A stretch of DNA of 64,000 bases from Spirochaetota bacterium (lineage in GTDB: Bacteria; Spirochaetota; UBA4802; UBA5550). Below, piece after piece: positions 48,350-58,018 of this stretch (positions are counted from its first letter, which is position 1; every line of letters starts with the position of its first letter). The stretch covers positions 1 to 64,000 of the forward strand of contig JBNKTL010000026.1 in the NCBI GenBank assembly GCA_050298055.1, given 5' to 3'. A program made the translations under genes and the position numbers. A model generated the notes under the pieces. The model ran no database searches, was not told where the DNA came from, and worked only from the letters and a program-made list of their open reading frames with translations.

Positions 48350-49474
48350 TTACTCCGAAAATCTTCCGTACCTGTAGTATGCGGAGCATGACCCTTCACT
48401 GGAGACCATGCATGCGCCCAGCGGGTTCTGAGGTGTGCAGCTTTTCCCGAAAGCCCCGCACTGAAAGGGCTTTGCCTTACCTTTGAGTATTGCACCGCAG
48501 ATGCATCCCTTGTGGTCATCAATAGATTCATCGGGCAGGTCGTAGATCAGTTCCGCGTCAAGATGCGAATACTTTTTGCGGAGTTTCAGTGAACTTTCCG
48601 GGATTTCTCCGATCCCCCTCCAGGTGAAAAAGGGGGCTTTCTCGAAAAATTCTTCGATCATTTCCTGCGCGTTTGTATTTCCTTCAAAGGTAACACCTCT
48701 TTTGTATTCAATTTCCAGTTCACTTCGTTTTTCTACAAACTGTCTCACCGTCATAAGTACGGATTCCATGATATCAACAGGTTCAAAACCCGCCACTACG
48801 ACGGGAAGACGGTATTTTCCCACCAGGGGTTTATATATCTTTGCACCGGTTATAACACTGACGTGTGACGGAGCTATAAAGGCATCGATATTGCTGTCAT
48901 CTTCGCTTATTACGGCCTCCATGGGCTCAGGGACTGTTACATGGTTTATATGGTAAAAAATATTGGACAGTCCTTCTGTTTCCTGCCGCTTGATCAGTGC
49001 GGCTGTCATAGGTGTTGTGGTTTCAAAACCGATTGCAAAGAAGATGATTTTTTTCTCACTGTTTTCACGGGCAATCTCCAGTACATCAACAGGTGAATAG
49101 ACAAACCTGATATCAGCGCCCTCGGCCCGGGCATCGAAAAGACTCCCCATGCTCCCCGGGACTTTCATCATATCACCCAGGGTCACAAGAATGACATCCT
49201 GTTCACGGGACAGGAGATATGCGTGGTCAATCCTCTCCCGGGGCATGATACAGACCGGGCAACCGGGACCATGGATAAACTCTATGGTATCGGGAATTAT
49301 CTGCTCCAGACCATACTTCGCGATAATATGTGTATGCCCCCCGCAGACTTCCATCAATCTTATTTTTTTTTCAAGTGATCCGGAGAGCCTGTGGATCTCC
49401 TTCGAGAGATATTTTATGGTATCGGCGTCCCTGTAACCGTCAAGAAGCTCATTCAGTGTTAACTTTCTGCTCAT
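48350..49474 (-). CDS. hypD: Hydrogenase maturation protein HypD
   Basis: MEVCGGHTH, GPGCPVC, GFETT, GACMVSSEGSC; start MSRK at 49474. Confidence 0.96.
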   Translation of the reverse strand: MSRKLTLNELLDGYRDADTIKYLSKEIHRLSGSLEKKIRLMEVCGGHTHIIAKYGLEQIIPDTIEFIHGPGCPVCIMPRERIDHAYLLSREQDVILVTLGDMMKVPGSMGSLFDARAEGADIRFVYSPVDVLEIARENSEKKIIFFAIGFETTTPMTAALIKRQETEGLSNIFYHINHVTVPEPMEAVISEDDSNIDAFIAPSHVSVITGAKIYKPLVGKYRLPVVVAGFEPVDIMESVLMTVRQFVEKRSELEIEYKRGVTFEGNTNAQEMIEEFFEKAPFFTWRGIGEIPESSLKLRKKYSHLDAELIYDLPDESIDDHKGCICGAILKGKAKPFQCGAFGKSCTPQNPLGACMVSSEGSCSAYYRYGRFSE

Positions 49475-49697
49475 CGTCCTCCAGGTACTGCTTATAGAGT
49501 TCCAGTGCTTCCAGCGCAGACTCTTCATCAACTTTACTGATAGCAAAACCCACATGAAGAAGAACATAGTCCCCCACCTCAACCGGTTCGGGCATCAGGT
49601 CGAGAAGAGCAGTCCGCGTGGCGCCGAATGTATCAACAGTTACCATGTTCTCTTCTTCACTTATCTCAACGACTTTTGATGGTATGGCCAGGCACAT
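49449..49697 (-). CDS. hypC: Hydrogenase chaperone HypC
   Basis: MCLAIP, VGDYVLLHVGFA. Confidence 0.96.
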   Translation of the reverse strand: MCLAIPSKVVEISEEENMVTVDTFGATRTALLDLMPEPVEVGDYVLLHVGFAISKVDEESALEALELYKQYLEDDEQKVNTE

Positions 49698-49788
49698 TAT
49701 GATCCTCTTATGAATAATCTCTTATTGAACATTCCAGATATTTCTCAATTATTTTTAACTACATAGCCGGGCAGTCATAATTATTTAA

Positions 49789-50574
49789 TTAACCCCAAAT
49801 CGATTGAGACCGTTTCTCTTTTAAAAACTCTATCCACCTGTTAACCGAATCCTCATCCTTTACGGATATTTCAAGTATTTCCGCTTTCCTGTTCAGCTTT
49901 CTCACATCATTTATCACATTTTCGGTGGAAAACTCAAAATGTTCAATGAGGTCGATCTTGGAGATGATAACACAATCGGCATTCCTGAACATAACAGGAT
50001 ACTTGGCCACCTTATCATCACCTTCAGGTGTTGAAATAAGAACTACATTCAGGTGTGTGCCAATATCATAGCTTGCGGGGCAGACAAGGTTTCCCACATT
50101 CTCAATAAAGAGGTAATCAACCGGTTCATCGGGAAGATGATGAAGACCGTGATGGACCATAAACGCGTCCAGGTGACATGATTGTCCCGTTGTAATCTGG
50201 TATGCGCTTACGCCTTTAGCCTTTATCCTCTCGGCATCTTTGTTGGTTTCAAGATCACCTTCAAGCACTGCCATCTTTTTCCCCAGGATCTCGGCTGTTT
50301 TTTCCAGGAGAGATGTTTTCCCGCTTCCGGGAGAACTCATCATGTTAACGGCAAGAACGCTCTTTTCCCTGAGATGTTCCCTTATATGATCAGCCTCATG
50401 ATTGTTCTTTGCCATGATATCAGTAAGGATTGTTACTGTTTTTTTCTCGTCAAGAAGAGGGTTCGCTGATTCCTGGTGATCATGGTGATGGGAATGTCCC
50501 GAATGCTCATGGGAGTGTTCTGATTTATCATCTTTCAGCCAGTCCGGCACGGCGCAGCCGCAGTTTTCACACAT
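49789..50574 (-). CDS. hypB: Nickel-insertion GTPase HypB
   Basis: MCENCGC, His-rich linker, SSPGSGKT, CHLDA, ENVGNLVCPA. Confidence 0.97.
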   Translation of the reverse strand: MCENCGCAVPDWLKDDKSEHSHEHSGHSHHHDHQESANPLLDEKKTVTILTDIMAKNNHEADHIREHLREKSVLAVNMMSSPGSGKTSLLEKTAEILGKKMAVLEGDLETNKDAERIKAKGVSAYQITTGQSCHLDAFMVHHGLHHLPDEPVDYLFIENVGNLVCPASYDIGTHLNVVLISTPEGDDKVAKYPVMFRNADCVIISKIDLIEHFEFSTENVINDVRKLNRKAEILEISVKDEDSVNRWIEFLKEKRSQSIWG

Positions 50575-50759
50575 TGCTCTGTCTCCTGTAAGTAAATTGT
50601 CTGCTCATGTTAAAATATATCAATACTGTCCAGAAGTTTCAAAAAATAATAAATAACAAATGCGGCATATCTTCTCCGCATCTGTTATTCTAAAAATGTC
50701 TGCTAATAATATTAAGCGATTGTATTTAATCAAGAGAAAAATGAGAAAGTTCTTCTTAG

Positions 50760-51242
50760 TTAATCGGAAAGTGCTTCCTTAATTTTTTCAACAAGTAAAT
50801 CCTTAACCACAGGCATCATCTTTTCCATATCCCCTGTCATCTCCATTCCCCCGGAGAAATCCCAGGGGATAACGCCTATGAGAAGAATATTTTCCGGAAT
50901 CGTCGATTCAAATTCAGCTGCAGCCAGGAGTTCATGTATCCCTCCTGAATGAGATGTTATCTTGATCCGGCTTTCTACCTGATTCATAATATCCTCCCGC
51001 GTAAAGAAGAGGATATCCCCAGGTTTCTGGTCATCTTTAAATCTGTTTACAGCATCAATAATGAACAGGTGTTTTGAATACTCAATTAAATGAAGGAGAG
51101 GTAGTGTCTGGGTCCCCCCTTCCACTACCTCTACCCTGTTTTCAAACTGTTTTTCCAGTTCTTCCTGATACTTTTCTACAAACCTGACGCCGAAACCTTC
51201 ATCTTTAAAGAGAATGTTTCCTACACCTAAAACCCTTATCAT
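50760..51242 (-). CDS. hybD: Hydrogenase maturation endopeptidase (HyaD/HybD family)
   Basis: VLGVGNILFKDEGFG, IIDAV, TSH. Confidence 0.9.
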   Translation of the reverse strand: MIRVLGVGNILFKDEGFGVRFVEKYQEELEKQFENRVEVVEGGTQTLPLLHLIEYSKHLFIIDAVNRFKDDQKPGDILFFTREDIMNQVESRIKITSHSGGIHELLAAAEFESTIPENILLIGVIPWDFSGGMEMTGDMEKMMPVVKDLLVEKIKEALSD

Positions 51243-51275
51243 AAAATCTCTAAACCGAAACAGTCACTGTAACCA

Positions 51276-53012
51276 TTACAGAACTTTCACCTTATTGATT
51301 TCATGACCATTGGGGTCAAAGAGGTGTATCGCGCACGCAAGACAGGGATCAAATGAATGAACTGTCCTGAGTACCTCAAGGGGTCTTTTCTCATCAGCAA
51401 TGGGATTGTTGATGAGGGCCTCCTCGTAAGGTCCTCGCATATTGTTTTCATCTCTCGGTCCCGCGTTCCATGTAGAAGGAACAACCGCCTGGTATTTCTT
51501 GATCTTGCCTTTCTCAAGGATACACCAGTGAGAGAGAAGTCCCCGGGGTGCTTCGTGGAAACCCACACCCTGGACTTCCTTATCGGGATACTCGAAATCC
51601 GCGCAGACAGAGTGATCCCCTTTACCGATATTGTTAACAAGAAGCTCCCACTGCTTGAGCGCTATGTCTCCCAGCATGGCACATCTTACCGCCCGGGAAC
51701 CGATCCTTCCCAGTGTTGACATAAGAATTGTGGGTTTGATGTCCTTCTTCTTGATAACTCCCACGGAATCTACGGCATTGATGAGGTTGGTAACCCATTT
51801 CACCGTAAGGGGGTGCTTCTGTGCAAAACCGACGATTACCTGTGCCGCGGGACCAACCTGGAAGGGGAGGTATTTCCCGTCAACCTTGAATCTCGGGGCC
51901 TTTACATATGAGTATTTGCCCTTTTCATCAACTTTTGCAGGGTCGTAACCTCCCGTCATGACCAGGGTGTCCTCCTTCCACGGATGGGTTACTTTCCCGT
52001 CGCCCTGGTACCAGGAATGAAAAGTCGACTCGGCAACATTGTTTCTCCAGTAGGGATCATTTGCGTTCCTGATAGTCTTTACGTTAGCAAGACTTCCCAC
52101 AACTGTTCCACCGGGCAGATCACTTTTCGAGTGATTATTATCCAGGTAGATATCAGGTGCTGCGAGATAGTTGGTCACTCCGCCGCCGATTCCAAACCAT
52201 TCTGGATAGAATGACGCCACTGCCGCAACATCGGGGACGTGAACATTATTGATAAAGCTAATGGCTTTTTCAAAAAGAGTCTTAATATTAAGAAGCTTCT
52301 CCATGTTCAAAGCGGAATCATCATCCGGGTTGATGGCGGTGGAAACACCCCCAACGGCCAGGTTCTGCACATGGGGATTTTTCCCTCCCAGTATAGCATA
52401 AACCTGGGTGGCATATCTCTGGAATTCCAGCGCCTGGAGGTAGTGAACAACGGCAATGAGATTGACTTCGGGAGGAAGTTTCATTGCCTTGTGTCCCCAG
52501 TAACCGTTGGCGAAAATTCCAAGCCGTCCTTTCTGGACAAAACCCTTGATCTTGTCCTGGACTGCCTTGAACTCCTGGTCGCTGTTCCTGTTCCATGCCG
52601 AGAGTGAACGGGCTAGCTTTGCGGCTTTTTTGTAGTCTGCCTTAAGCGCGGATACCACGTCAACCCAATCAAGGGCGGCCAGGTGATAGAAGTGCACAAT
52701 ATGGTCATGGATCCCGTGCGCAATAAGTATCAGGTTCCTGACATATTCAGCATTCATGGGAATTCTCAGTCCTAAAGCGTTTTCAACGGTTCTCACGGAA
52801 GCAATCGCATGAACAGTGGTACAGACACCGCAGAAACGCTGCGTTATAAACCACGCATCATTGGGATGCTTCCCCTCTAATATTTTTTCTATACCCCGGA
52901 ACATCTGCCCGGAAGACCAGGCATTCTTGACCTTGCCCCCCTCTACATCAACATCGATCCTCAGATGTCCTTCTATGCGGGTAATCGGATCAATTGTAAT
53001 TTTCTTTGCCAT
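51276..53012 (-). CDS. hybC: [NiFe]-hydrogenase large subunit, Hyb/group 1c-like
   Basis: DPITRIEGH, L1 QRFCGVCTTVH, L2 SFDPCLACAIH plus a 15-aa cleavable tail. Confidence 0.93.
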   Translation of the reverse strand: MAKKITIDPITRIEGHLRIDVDVEGGKVKNAWSSGQMFRGIEKILEGKHPNDAWFITQRFCGVCTTVHAIASVRTVENALGLRIPMNAEYVRNLILIAHGIHDHIVHFYHLAALDWVDVVSALKADYKKAAKLARSLSAWNRNSDQEFKAVQDKIKGFVQKGRLGIFANGYWGHKAMKLPPEVNLIAVVHYLQALEFQRYATQVYAILGGKNPHVQNLAVGGVSTAINPDDDSALNMEKLLNIKTLFEKAISFINNVHVPDVAAVASFYPEWFGIGGGVTNYLAAPDIYLDNNHSKSDLPGGTVVGSLANVKTIRNANDPYWRNNVAESTFHSWYQGDGKVTHPWKEDTLVMTGGYDPAKVDEKGKYSYVKAPRFKVDGKYLPFQVGPAAQVIVGFAQKHPLTVKWVTNLINAVDSVGVIKKKDIKPTILMSTLGRIGSRAVRCAMLGDIALKQWELLVNNIGKGDHSVCADFEYPDKEVQGVGFHEAPRGLLSHWCILEKGKIKKYQAVVPSTWNAGPRDENNMRGPYEEALINNPIADEKRPLEVLRTVHSFDPCLACAIHLFDPNGHEINKVKVL

Positions 53013-53069
53013 TTTTATTTCCTTTCCCTTAATAAATTATAATAAGGATTAAATCAATTCTCCTTTTAT

Positions 53070-54239
53070 TTATTCTTCATCCGGTAATATCGGTAGTTCT
53101 CTTAAAAACCAGTGATAGAGAACAAATTCAGTCGCAACAAATGCAAGAGTAATTAGTGTCTCCCACACTGACGGTATGTAGCTGAAATTCCGAAAAGGAG
53201 CATACCCGATAAGGTACGTGTCTATCCTGTATATAACCGCGGAAAATACAAGGATAACAGCACTTATGAACATGAGCTTTGGTGAAGATGAGGTTCTTGA
53301 AATAAGAACCATGACGGAACCGAGAATGGCCGCAACCATCTCAATCCAAAAGAAGATTGAGTATGTTCCGCTTGTTGTAAGAAGCCCCATCTTCCCTTCA
53401 CTTGCAAGTCCATAAAACCTCAGGGCCACCCATATCACTCCAAGAGCAAATACCAGCGGTGCAAGCTTTTTCAGGATATCCGTTTCATATTTCCTCTTGA
53501 GATAAAATGATGAATATATTGCTTCTATCACCACCATACAATAACCCATAAAACCTATGGATAAAATGAACAGGAGGGGAAGAAACGGTGTATGCCACAG
53601 ACCATGAAGCTTGGTCTTGGCAATTGCCATAACCGACCCAAGTGAAGACTGGTGCATTAACGGGAGAAGTATACCAACCGTAACAAGAAATATGAGGACC
53701 TTGTTTGCGCCGCCCTTTTTCTCGTTTATCTTATTGACGATGCTCCTGATAAAACCAATCTTCATGACCCCCGATTCACCCTTCTCATGGAGAACCGGGG
53801 TGAATTCAAGCCAGAGAACCACAACATAAGCCATAATGCATATTGCTACTTCAAAGAGTACAGAATTTGTATTCCATCTCCAGGGAAGAAGCAACGAATA
53901 AAAATTCCACCATCTGCCTATGTCAACAATGACCGATATACCGGCTATTGAATATCCAAACGCAGATGTCATTATTGCCGAACGAATTAAGGGAGAATAT
54001 TCCCATTTGTTGAACATGTAAATGAGAATAGCCATAAGAAAACCACCGGTACCCAGGGCCGTTCCGACTACCACGTCAATAGTAATCCATATACCCCAGG
54101 GGTACCCGTCGCTCATATTGGTCATCCCCAGTCCGGCAACAAACCTGTATAATATTACGACAATGCCCAGAGCCATAACCATCAAGACAGACTTAATGAA
54201 CATTGACTGCTGGGAAAAGCTCTCCTGTAATTTTTTCAT
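53070..54239 (-). CDS. hybB: HybB/NrfD-type integral membrane subunit
   Basis: GYPWGIWI..DVV, DIGRWW, NSVLFEV, MHQSSLG. Confidence 0.92.
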   Translation of the reverse strand: MKKLQESFSQQSMFIKSVLMVMALGIVVILYRFVAGLGMTNMSDGYPWGIWITIDVVVGTALGTGGFLMAILIYMFNKWEYSPLIRSAIMTSAFGYSIAGISVIVDIGRWWNFYSLLLPWRWNTNSVLFEVAICIMAYVVVLWLEFTPVLHEKGESGVMKIGFIRSIVNKINEKKGGANKVLIFLVTVGILLPLMHQSSLGSVMAIAKTKLHGLWHTPFLPLLFILSIGFMGYCMVVIEAIYSSFYLKRKYETDILKKLAPLVFALGVIWVALRFYGLASEGKMGLLTTSGTYSIFFWIEMVAAILGSVMVLISRTSSSPKLMFISAVILVFSAVIYRIDTYLIGYAPFRNFSYIPSVWETLITLAFVATEFVLYHWFLRELPILPDEE

Positions 54240-54251
54240 AAGCCTACCCCT

Positions 54252-55148
54252 CTATCCTTCTTTCCCTTCTGATTTTTTGCCGTAATTCTTTGAAATGGGA
54301 ATCAACAGCAGGAAGAAGGCAACAACCGGGGCAATAAACCAGGTATAGAAAGCCTGGATAGTCTCTGTTATCACTGCAGGAGATTCATTACCGAGGTTTT
54401 TGGGAAATCCCAGTTCATTAAAGTCCTTTCCGGCAAGGTAGAGGATGTTTGTTCCTCCACCGTCTTTTTCACCATAGACTTTATTAAAGTACCTTTTGGG
54501 ATTTTCCTTTATCCTTTTCTTCGCTTCTTTAAGAAGCACCTTCCTGTTACCAAAAATCAGCGCACCTGCAGAACAAAAGTCAACACACGCAGTGATTCCC
54601 CTTCTTGGAAGATACGATTCCCTGCAGAGCGTACACTTGACTATTTTCGGCGCCGCCTGACTCCATTCAAAACTGACAATATCAAAGGGACAGGCCACCA
54701 TGCAGTAGCGGCACCCGATGCATTTTGAGGGGTCGTTGTAAACCATCCCTTTCTTTTTATCAACCATCATAGCCGAAACCGGACAGGCTGACACACAGGC
54801 GGGATCGAGACAATGCATACACTGCCTCTTTACATAGGCCCTGTTTTCCTTTTTGTCCCTGAACATCCTGATGGTTGTCCGGGACTTTTCCGAAAGATCT
54901 ATAGGTTTCTCATGAGAGACCGGAGGCATATCATTTGCCTTGTGACAGGCGCTTGTACATGCTCTACAGCCTATGCATATTGTTGAATCGTACAGAAAAC
55001 CAAGATTCTTATCCGGATTTTCAGAGAGTTTGGATGATTTTGCTTCCGCTATCTCAGGCAGCCCTGAGACCACCAGCGGAGCGGCAACCATCCCCTTGAG
55101 AAAATCCTGTCTCTTGATTTGGACCGGCTTTTTTGAAGTTTTACTCAT
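54252..55148 (-). CDS. hybA: HybA ferredoxin-type 4x[4Fe-4S] subunit
   Basis: CIGCRAC, CMHC..PACVSACP, CIGCRYC, KCTLC; Tat-like leader and C-terminal TM; start at 55148. Confidence 0.92.
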   Translation of the reverse strand: MSKTSKKPVQIKRQDFLKGMVAAPLVVSGLPEIAEAKSSKLSENPDKNLGFLYDSTICIGCRACTSACHKANDMPPVSHEKPIDLSEKSRTTIRMFRDKKENRAYVKRQCMHCLDPACVSACPVSAMMVDKKKGMVYNDPSKCIGCRYCMVACPFDIVSFEWSQAAPKIVKCTLCRESYLPRRGITACVDFCSAGALIFGNRKVLLKEAKKRIKENPKRYFNKVYGEKDGGGTNILYLAGKDFNELGFPKNLGNESPAVITETIQAFYTWFIAPVVAFFLLLIPISKNYGKKSEGKEG

Positions 55149-56274
55149 TTTCACTATCTTCTTTACCCGGAAGTTTTCCGGCAACGGCTCCGGCATAACC
55201 GGCAATCGCGCCGATTGCCGCACCGGCAATGGCTGCTCCGACCATACTGCCGCCGCCCCTTTCCTGTTCCTCAGCGGGATCGGGAAATGTCTTCACAAGG
55301 TTCATATCAAGACATTTTGGAGCCTGTGAAGGGAGAATCTTTGGTGATTTGTAGAGTGACACTTCAAAAGCGATATTCTTTTCTGTACAACCAACGCACG
55401 GATGGCCTGTTGAAACCGGCCATATACCCATATCATTAAATCCAAGTGAAGGACAGTTCGCATATGTTCTGGGTCCTTTACATCCCATAACGTACATGCA
55501 GTATCCCTTCTGATGACCTTCATCACCGTACTTTTTTACGAAACGGCCCGCATCGAAATGAGACCTTCTCTCACAGTGATCGTGTATTTTTCTACCATAT
55601 GCAAAGAGGGGTCTTCCTTTTGCATCAAGCTTCGGCAGCTTCTTGAATGTCAGCAGGTACATAACAGCCGAGAGAAAATTGTAAGGGCTCGGCGGACATC
55701 CGGGCAGAGTGAGAACAGTTTTTCCCTTAAGGATATCACCAGCTCCTACGGCCCCTGTGGGGTTGGGTTTGGCTGATGGAACACCTCCCCATGAAGCACA
55801 GCTTCCGATAGCAATAATCGCGGCAGCTCCACCGGCTACCTCAATCAGCATATCCTTCGCTGTTTTACCTCCAATCATACAGTACTTTCCGTCGTTTTTT
55901 GTGGGGATCGCTCCCTCAACAACCAGAACATACTTGCCTTTGTTCTTCCTCATAGCCTCCTTCAGGGCTTCATGAGCCTGTTTACCGGCTGCTGCCATAA
56001 GTGTCTCATGATAGTCAAGTGATACCAGGTCCAGGATCAACTCACCGATTTCGGGATGTGTTGCTCTGAGCAGTCCCTCGGTACATCCGGTGCACTCCTG
56101 AAAGTGGAGCCAGATTACCGGCGGACGGGTATCCTTCTTGCTTACCTCCGCGGCAATAACTTTCGCCATGGAGGGGGGCAAACCTAAAGTGGCTGCGGCA
56201 ATAGAACAATACTTTAAGAAGTTTTTACGTGAGACTTTACTTAAACCATTTGTTATCCCATCACCATCCAGCAT
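55141..56274 (-). CDS. hybO: [NiFe]-hydrogenase small subunit
   Basis: Tat-like leader, QECTGCTE, GSCASWGG, PGCPP, HDHC, GCKGP, HPCVGC; C-terminal anchor. Confidence 0.92.
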   Translation of the reverse strand: MLDGDGITNGLSKVSRKNFLKYCSIAAATLGLPPSMAKVIAAEVSKKDTRPPVIWLHFQECTGCTEGLLRATHPEIGELILDLVSLDYHETLMAAAGKQAHEALKEAMRKNKGKYVLVVEGAIPTKNDGKYCMIGGKTAKDMLIEVAGGAAAIIAIGSCASWGGVPSAKPNPTGAVGAGDILKGKTVLTLPGCPPSPYNFLSAVMYLLTFKKLPKLDAKGRPLFAYGRKIHDHCERRSHFDAGRFVKKYGDEGHQKGYCMYVMGCKGPRTYANCPSLGFNDMGIWPVSTGHPCVGCTEKNIAFEVSLYKSPKILPSQAPKCLDMNLVKTFPDPAEEQERGGGSMVGAAIAGAAIGAIAGYAGAVAGKLPGKEDSENE

Positions 56275-56471
56275 GCTTTATCTCCTTAATTTTTTTATTA
56301 AATATATTATTGGGTACTTTAAGGTCAAATTTTTCTCCACCCTCTCACTCCCTCTAATTAAGGGAGAATTAATGAGGGGGTAAATTTAATTCCCTTTCTA
56401 AAATTATACCCCAAAGGAACTTCATAAAAAATATTCTTTATTGAGGTTCCCTCCAATTATATAAGAAAAAA

Positions 56472-56499
56472 ATTGTAACAAAACAGGATTATTTGTCAA
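56472..56499 (-). promoter_or_regulatory. Sigma70-type promoter of the hyb operon
   Basis: Minus strand TTGACA, 16 nt, TACAAT preceded by TGn. Confidence 0.55.
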
Positions 56500-56592
56500 G
56501 AACTTTCTATTCAAAATTATATATTATGGATTAAGTATTTGTTTAAATTCTAATATACTTTACTACGACGGGCGAGTTTCTTTGCAGACTCT

Positions 56593-57801
56593 TTATTCCA
56601 GGTCCTGGAACGACTTGAATACCCGGAACGGGTCAGTGACCCCGGTATCATCAAGTTCACTGTAGAGAAATCCCGAAGAGGCGGCACTCTCATGGTACGC
56701 GCAGGCACCGTTGAAACTCCCCTCTGTCCCTGTTACGGTCTTAATGATATCGGGAGCTCCGAAAATAACCCCTGTATCAATATCTGAAAACCTGTAAACC
56801 AGGCACCCGTTATATGAACCGGTATAAGGAGAATTTGTAACAGGACTTACCATGAGGTAGTTAATTCCCCCCGAAACAAAGAGATCGGAACCTGAGAAAC
56901 TCAGGTAACCCAGGGCAACCGCATCTGATGAGTTAAAAATCGTGCCTAAATATGTCCAGTTGCCCTCTATTGTGAGATCGCTGTCCGAGTTTGCTTTCAG
57001 GAGAATGAGGCGGTTGTTCACAACCGGTGTCACTTCATAACAGAAGAGGCTGAGATAGAGAGCGGAAGCATCGGCATATGCTCCCGGTTCGCTGAATGCG
57101 AAACAGTTATTCAGGTCTGCATGAAGGGTATTGAGCATTATTGACGGGGCCCCTCCAAGAGGAGACCTGCTGGTGCTGTTATCCAATATATTGTTAACGG
57201 TATCATAACCCGATGCACCGAAGAGCTTCACCTCTGTGGCTGCCCCCAGTCCCCCGGGGGTTGCAGCAACCTTATATGCTATCCATCCGTGGTGGAACTT
57301 ACGGTAATGTTCAGGATCGCCCAACTGGTTCTGGATGAGGTAATGGTGCCAGAAGAGTTTCCACTCCTCACCGGCCCGGGCCCCGGGGTCATTGACAAGC
57401 TTTGAGACCTCGTTGTGCCAGGTCCCCGCGTCATCTTCCCAGGGAATGACTCCATCTCCCAGGATAACGTCAAGGGCTTCATTTATCACAGCTCCCGAAT
57501 CGGAAAAGCTCTTCCCGTTATCATCGGAGTAAGCTATCCGGGTGGACACCGTGTGGTAATTAATGGGGCCCCACCATGTAGGTGCCGGATCAATTGCAGA
57601 GTAGCTCATATAGATCCTGCCGGTAGAGGGATCACTGGTCAGGGAGGGATCGAACACCCCCTTTGATCCGAAACCTGTTCCCGCTCCGGGGATGGTAAGC
57701 TTCTCAGGGGTGGGGACGGATTGTGAATTATCGGTATTGTTGCAGGAAACCGTTATCAAAAGAAACAGGAAAGGGATGATATTTATAATCTTCACGGTCA
57801 T
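56593..57801 (-). CDS. Lipoprotein with Asp-box (sialidase/beta-propeller-like)
   Basis: VSC lipobox; GVFDPS, AYSDDNGKSF Asp-box, FSEPG. Confidence 0.7.
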   Translation of the reverse strand: MTVKIINIIPFLFLLITVSCNNTDNSQSVPTPEKLTIPGAGTGFGSKGVFDPSLTSDPSTGRIYMSYSAIDPAPTWWGPINYHTVSTRIAYSDDNGKSFSDSGAVINEALDVILGDGVIPWEDDAGTWHNEVSKLVNDPGARAGEEWKLFWHHYLIQNQLGDPEHYRKFHHGWIAYKVAATPGGLGAATEVKLFGASGYDTVNNILDNSTSRSPLGGAPSIMLNTLHADLNNCFAFSEPGAYADASALYLSLFCYEVTPVVNNRLILLKANSDSDLTIEGNWTYLGTIFNSSDAVALGYLSFSGSDLFVSGGINYLMVSPVTNSPYTGSYNGCLVYRFSDIDTGVIFGAPDIIKTVTGTEGSFNGACAYHESAASSGFLYSELDDTGVTDPFRVFKSFQDLE

Positions 57802-58018
57802 TTATCGTTTAAAACTCATATCTTTACTTTTAGTTATATACAGAATTTTTTGGGGAAAGTGTAATTTTTATTTTCATGACCTGCCATACATGGAAGAGAA
57901 TAGCAAGTTACTTCCTTGAGCTGTGGACAGAGTCTCCCGGTAAATTCAAAAATATATTATTGTATTTGTATAAAATGTAGTTTATTTATTATGATAAATT
58001 CTGATTATTGAAAAGAAT

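Noticed and set aside
46164..48377. Long antisense ORFs (182 aa over the MCP, 259 aa over hypE)
   Set aside because: Codon-bias shadows of well-supported genes on the other strand.
51276..53012. [NiFeSe] hydrogenase or selenocysteine recoding
   Set aside because: The L2 motif is DPCLAC with Cys codons. The small peptide at 4967-5029 likewise ends in TAA, not TGA.
56338..56382. cccctctaattaagggag hairpin in the hyb leader as a riboswitch
   Set aside because: Imperfect short palindrome with no recognisable riboswitch consensus; more likely a repeat remnant.
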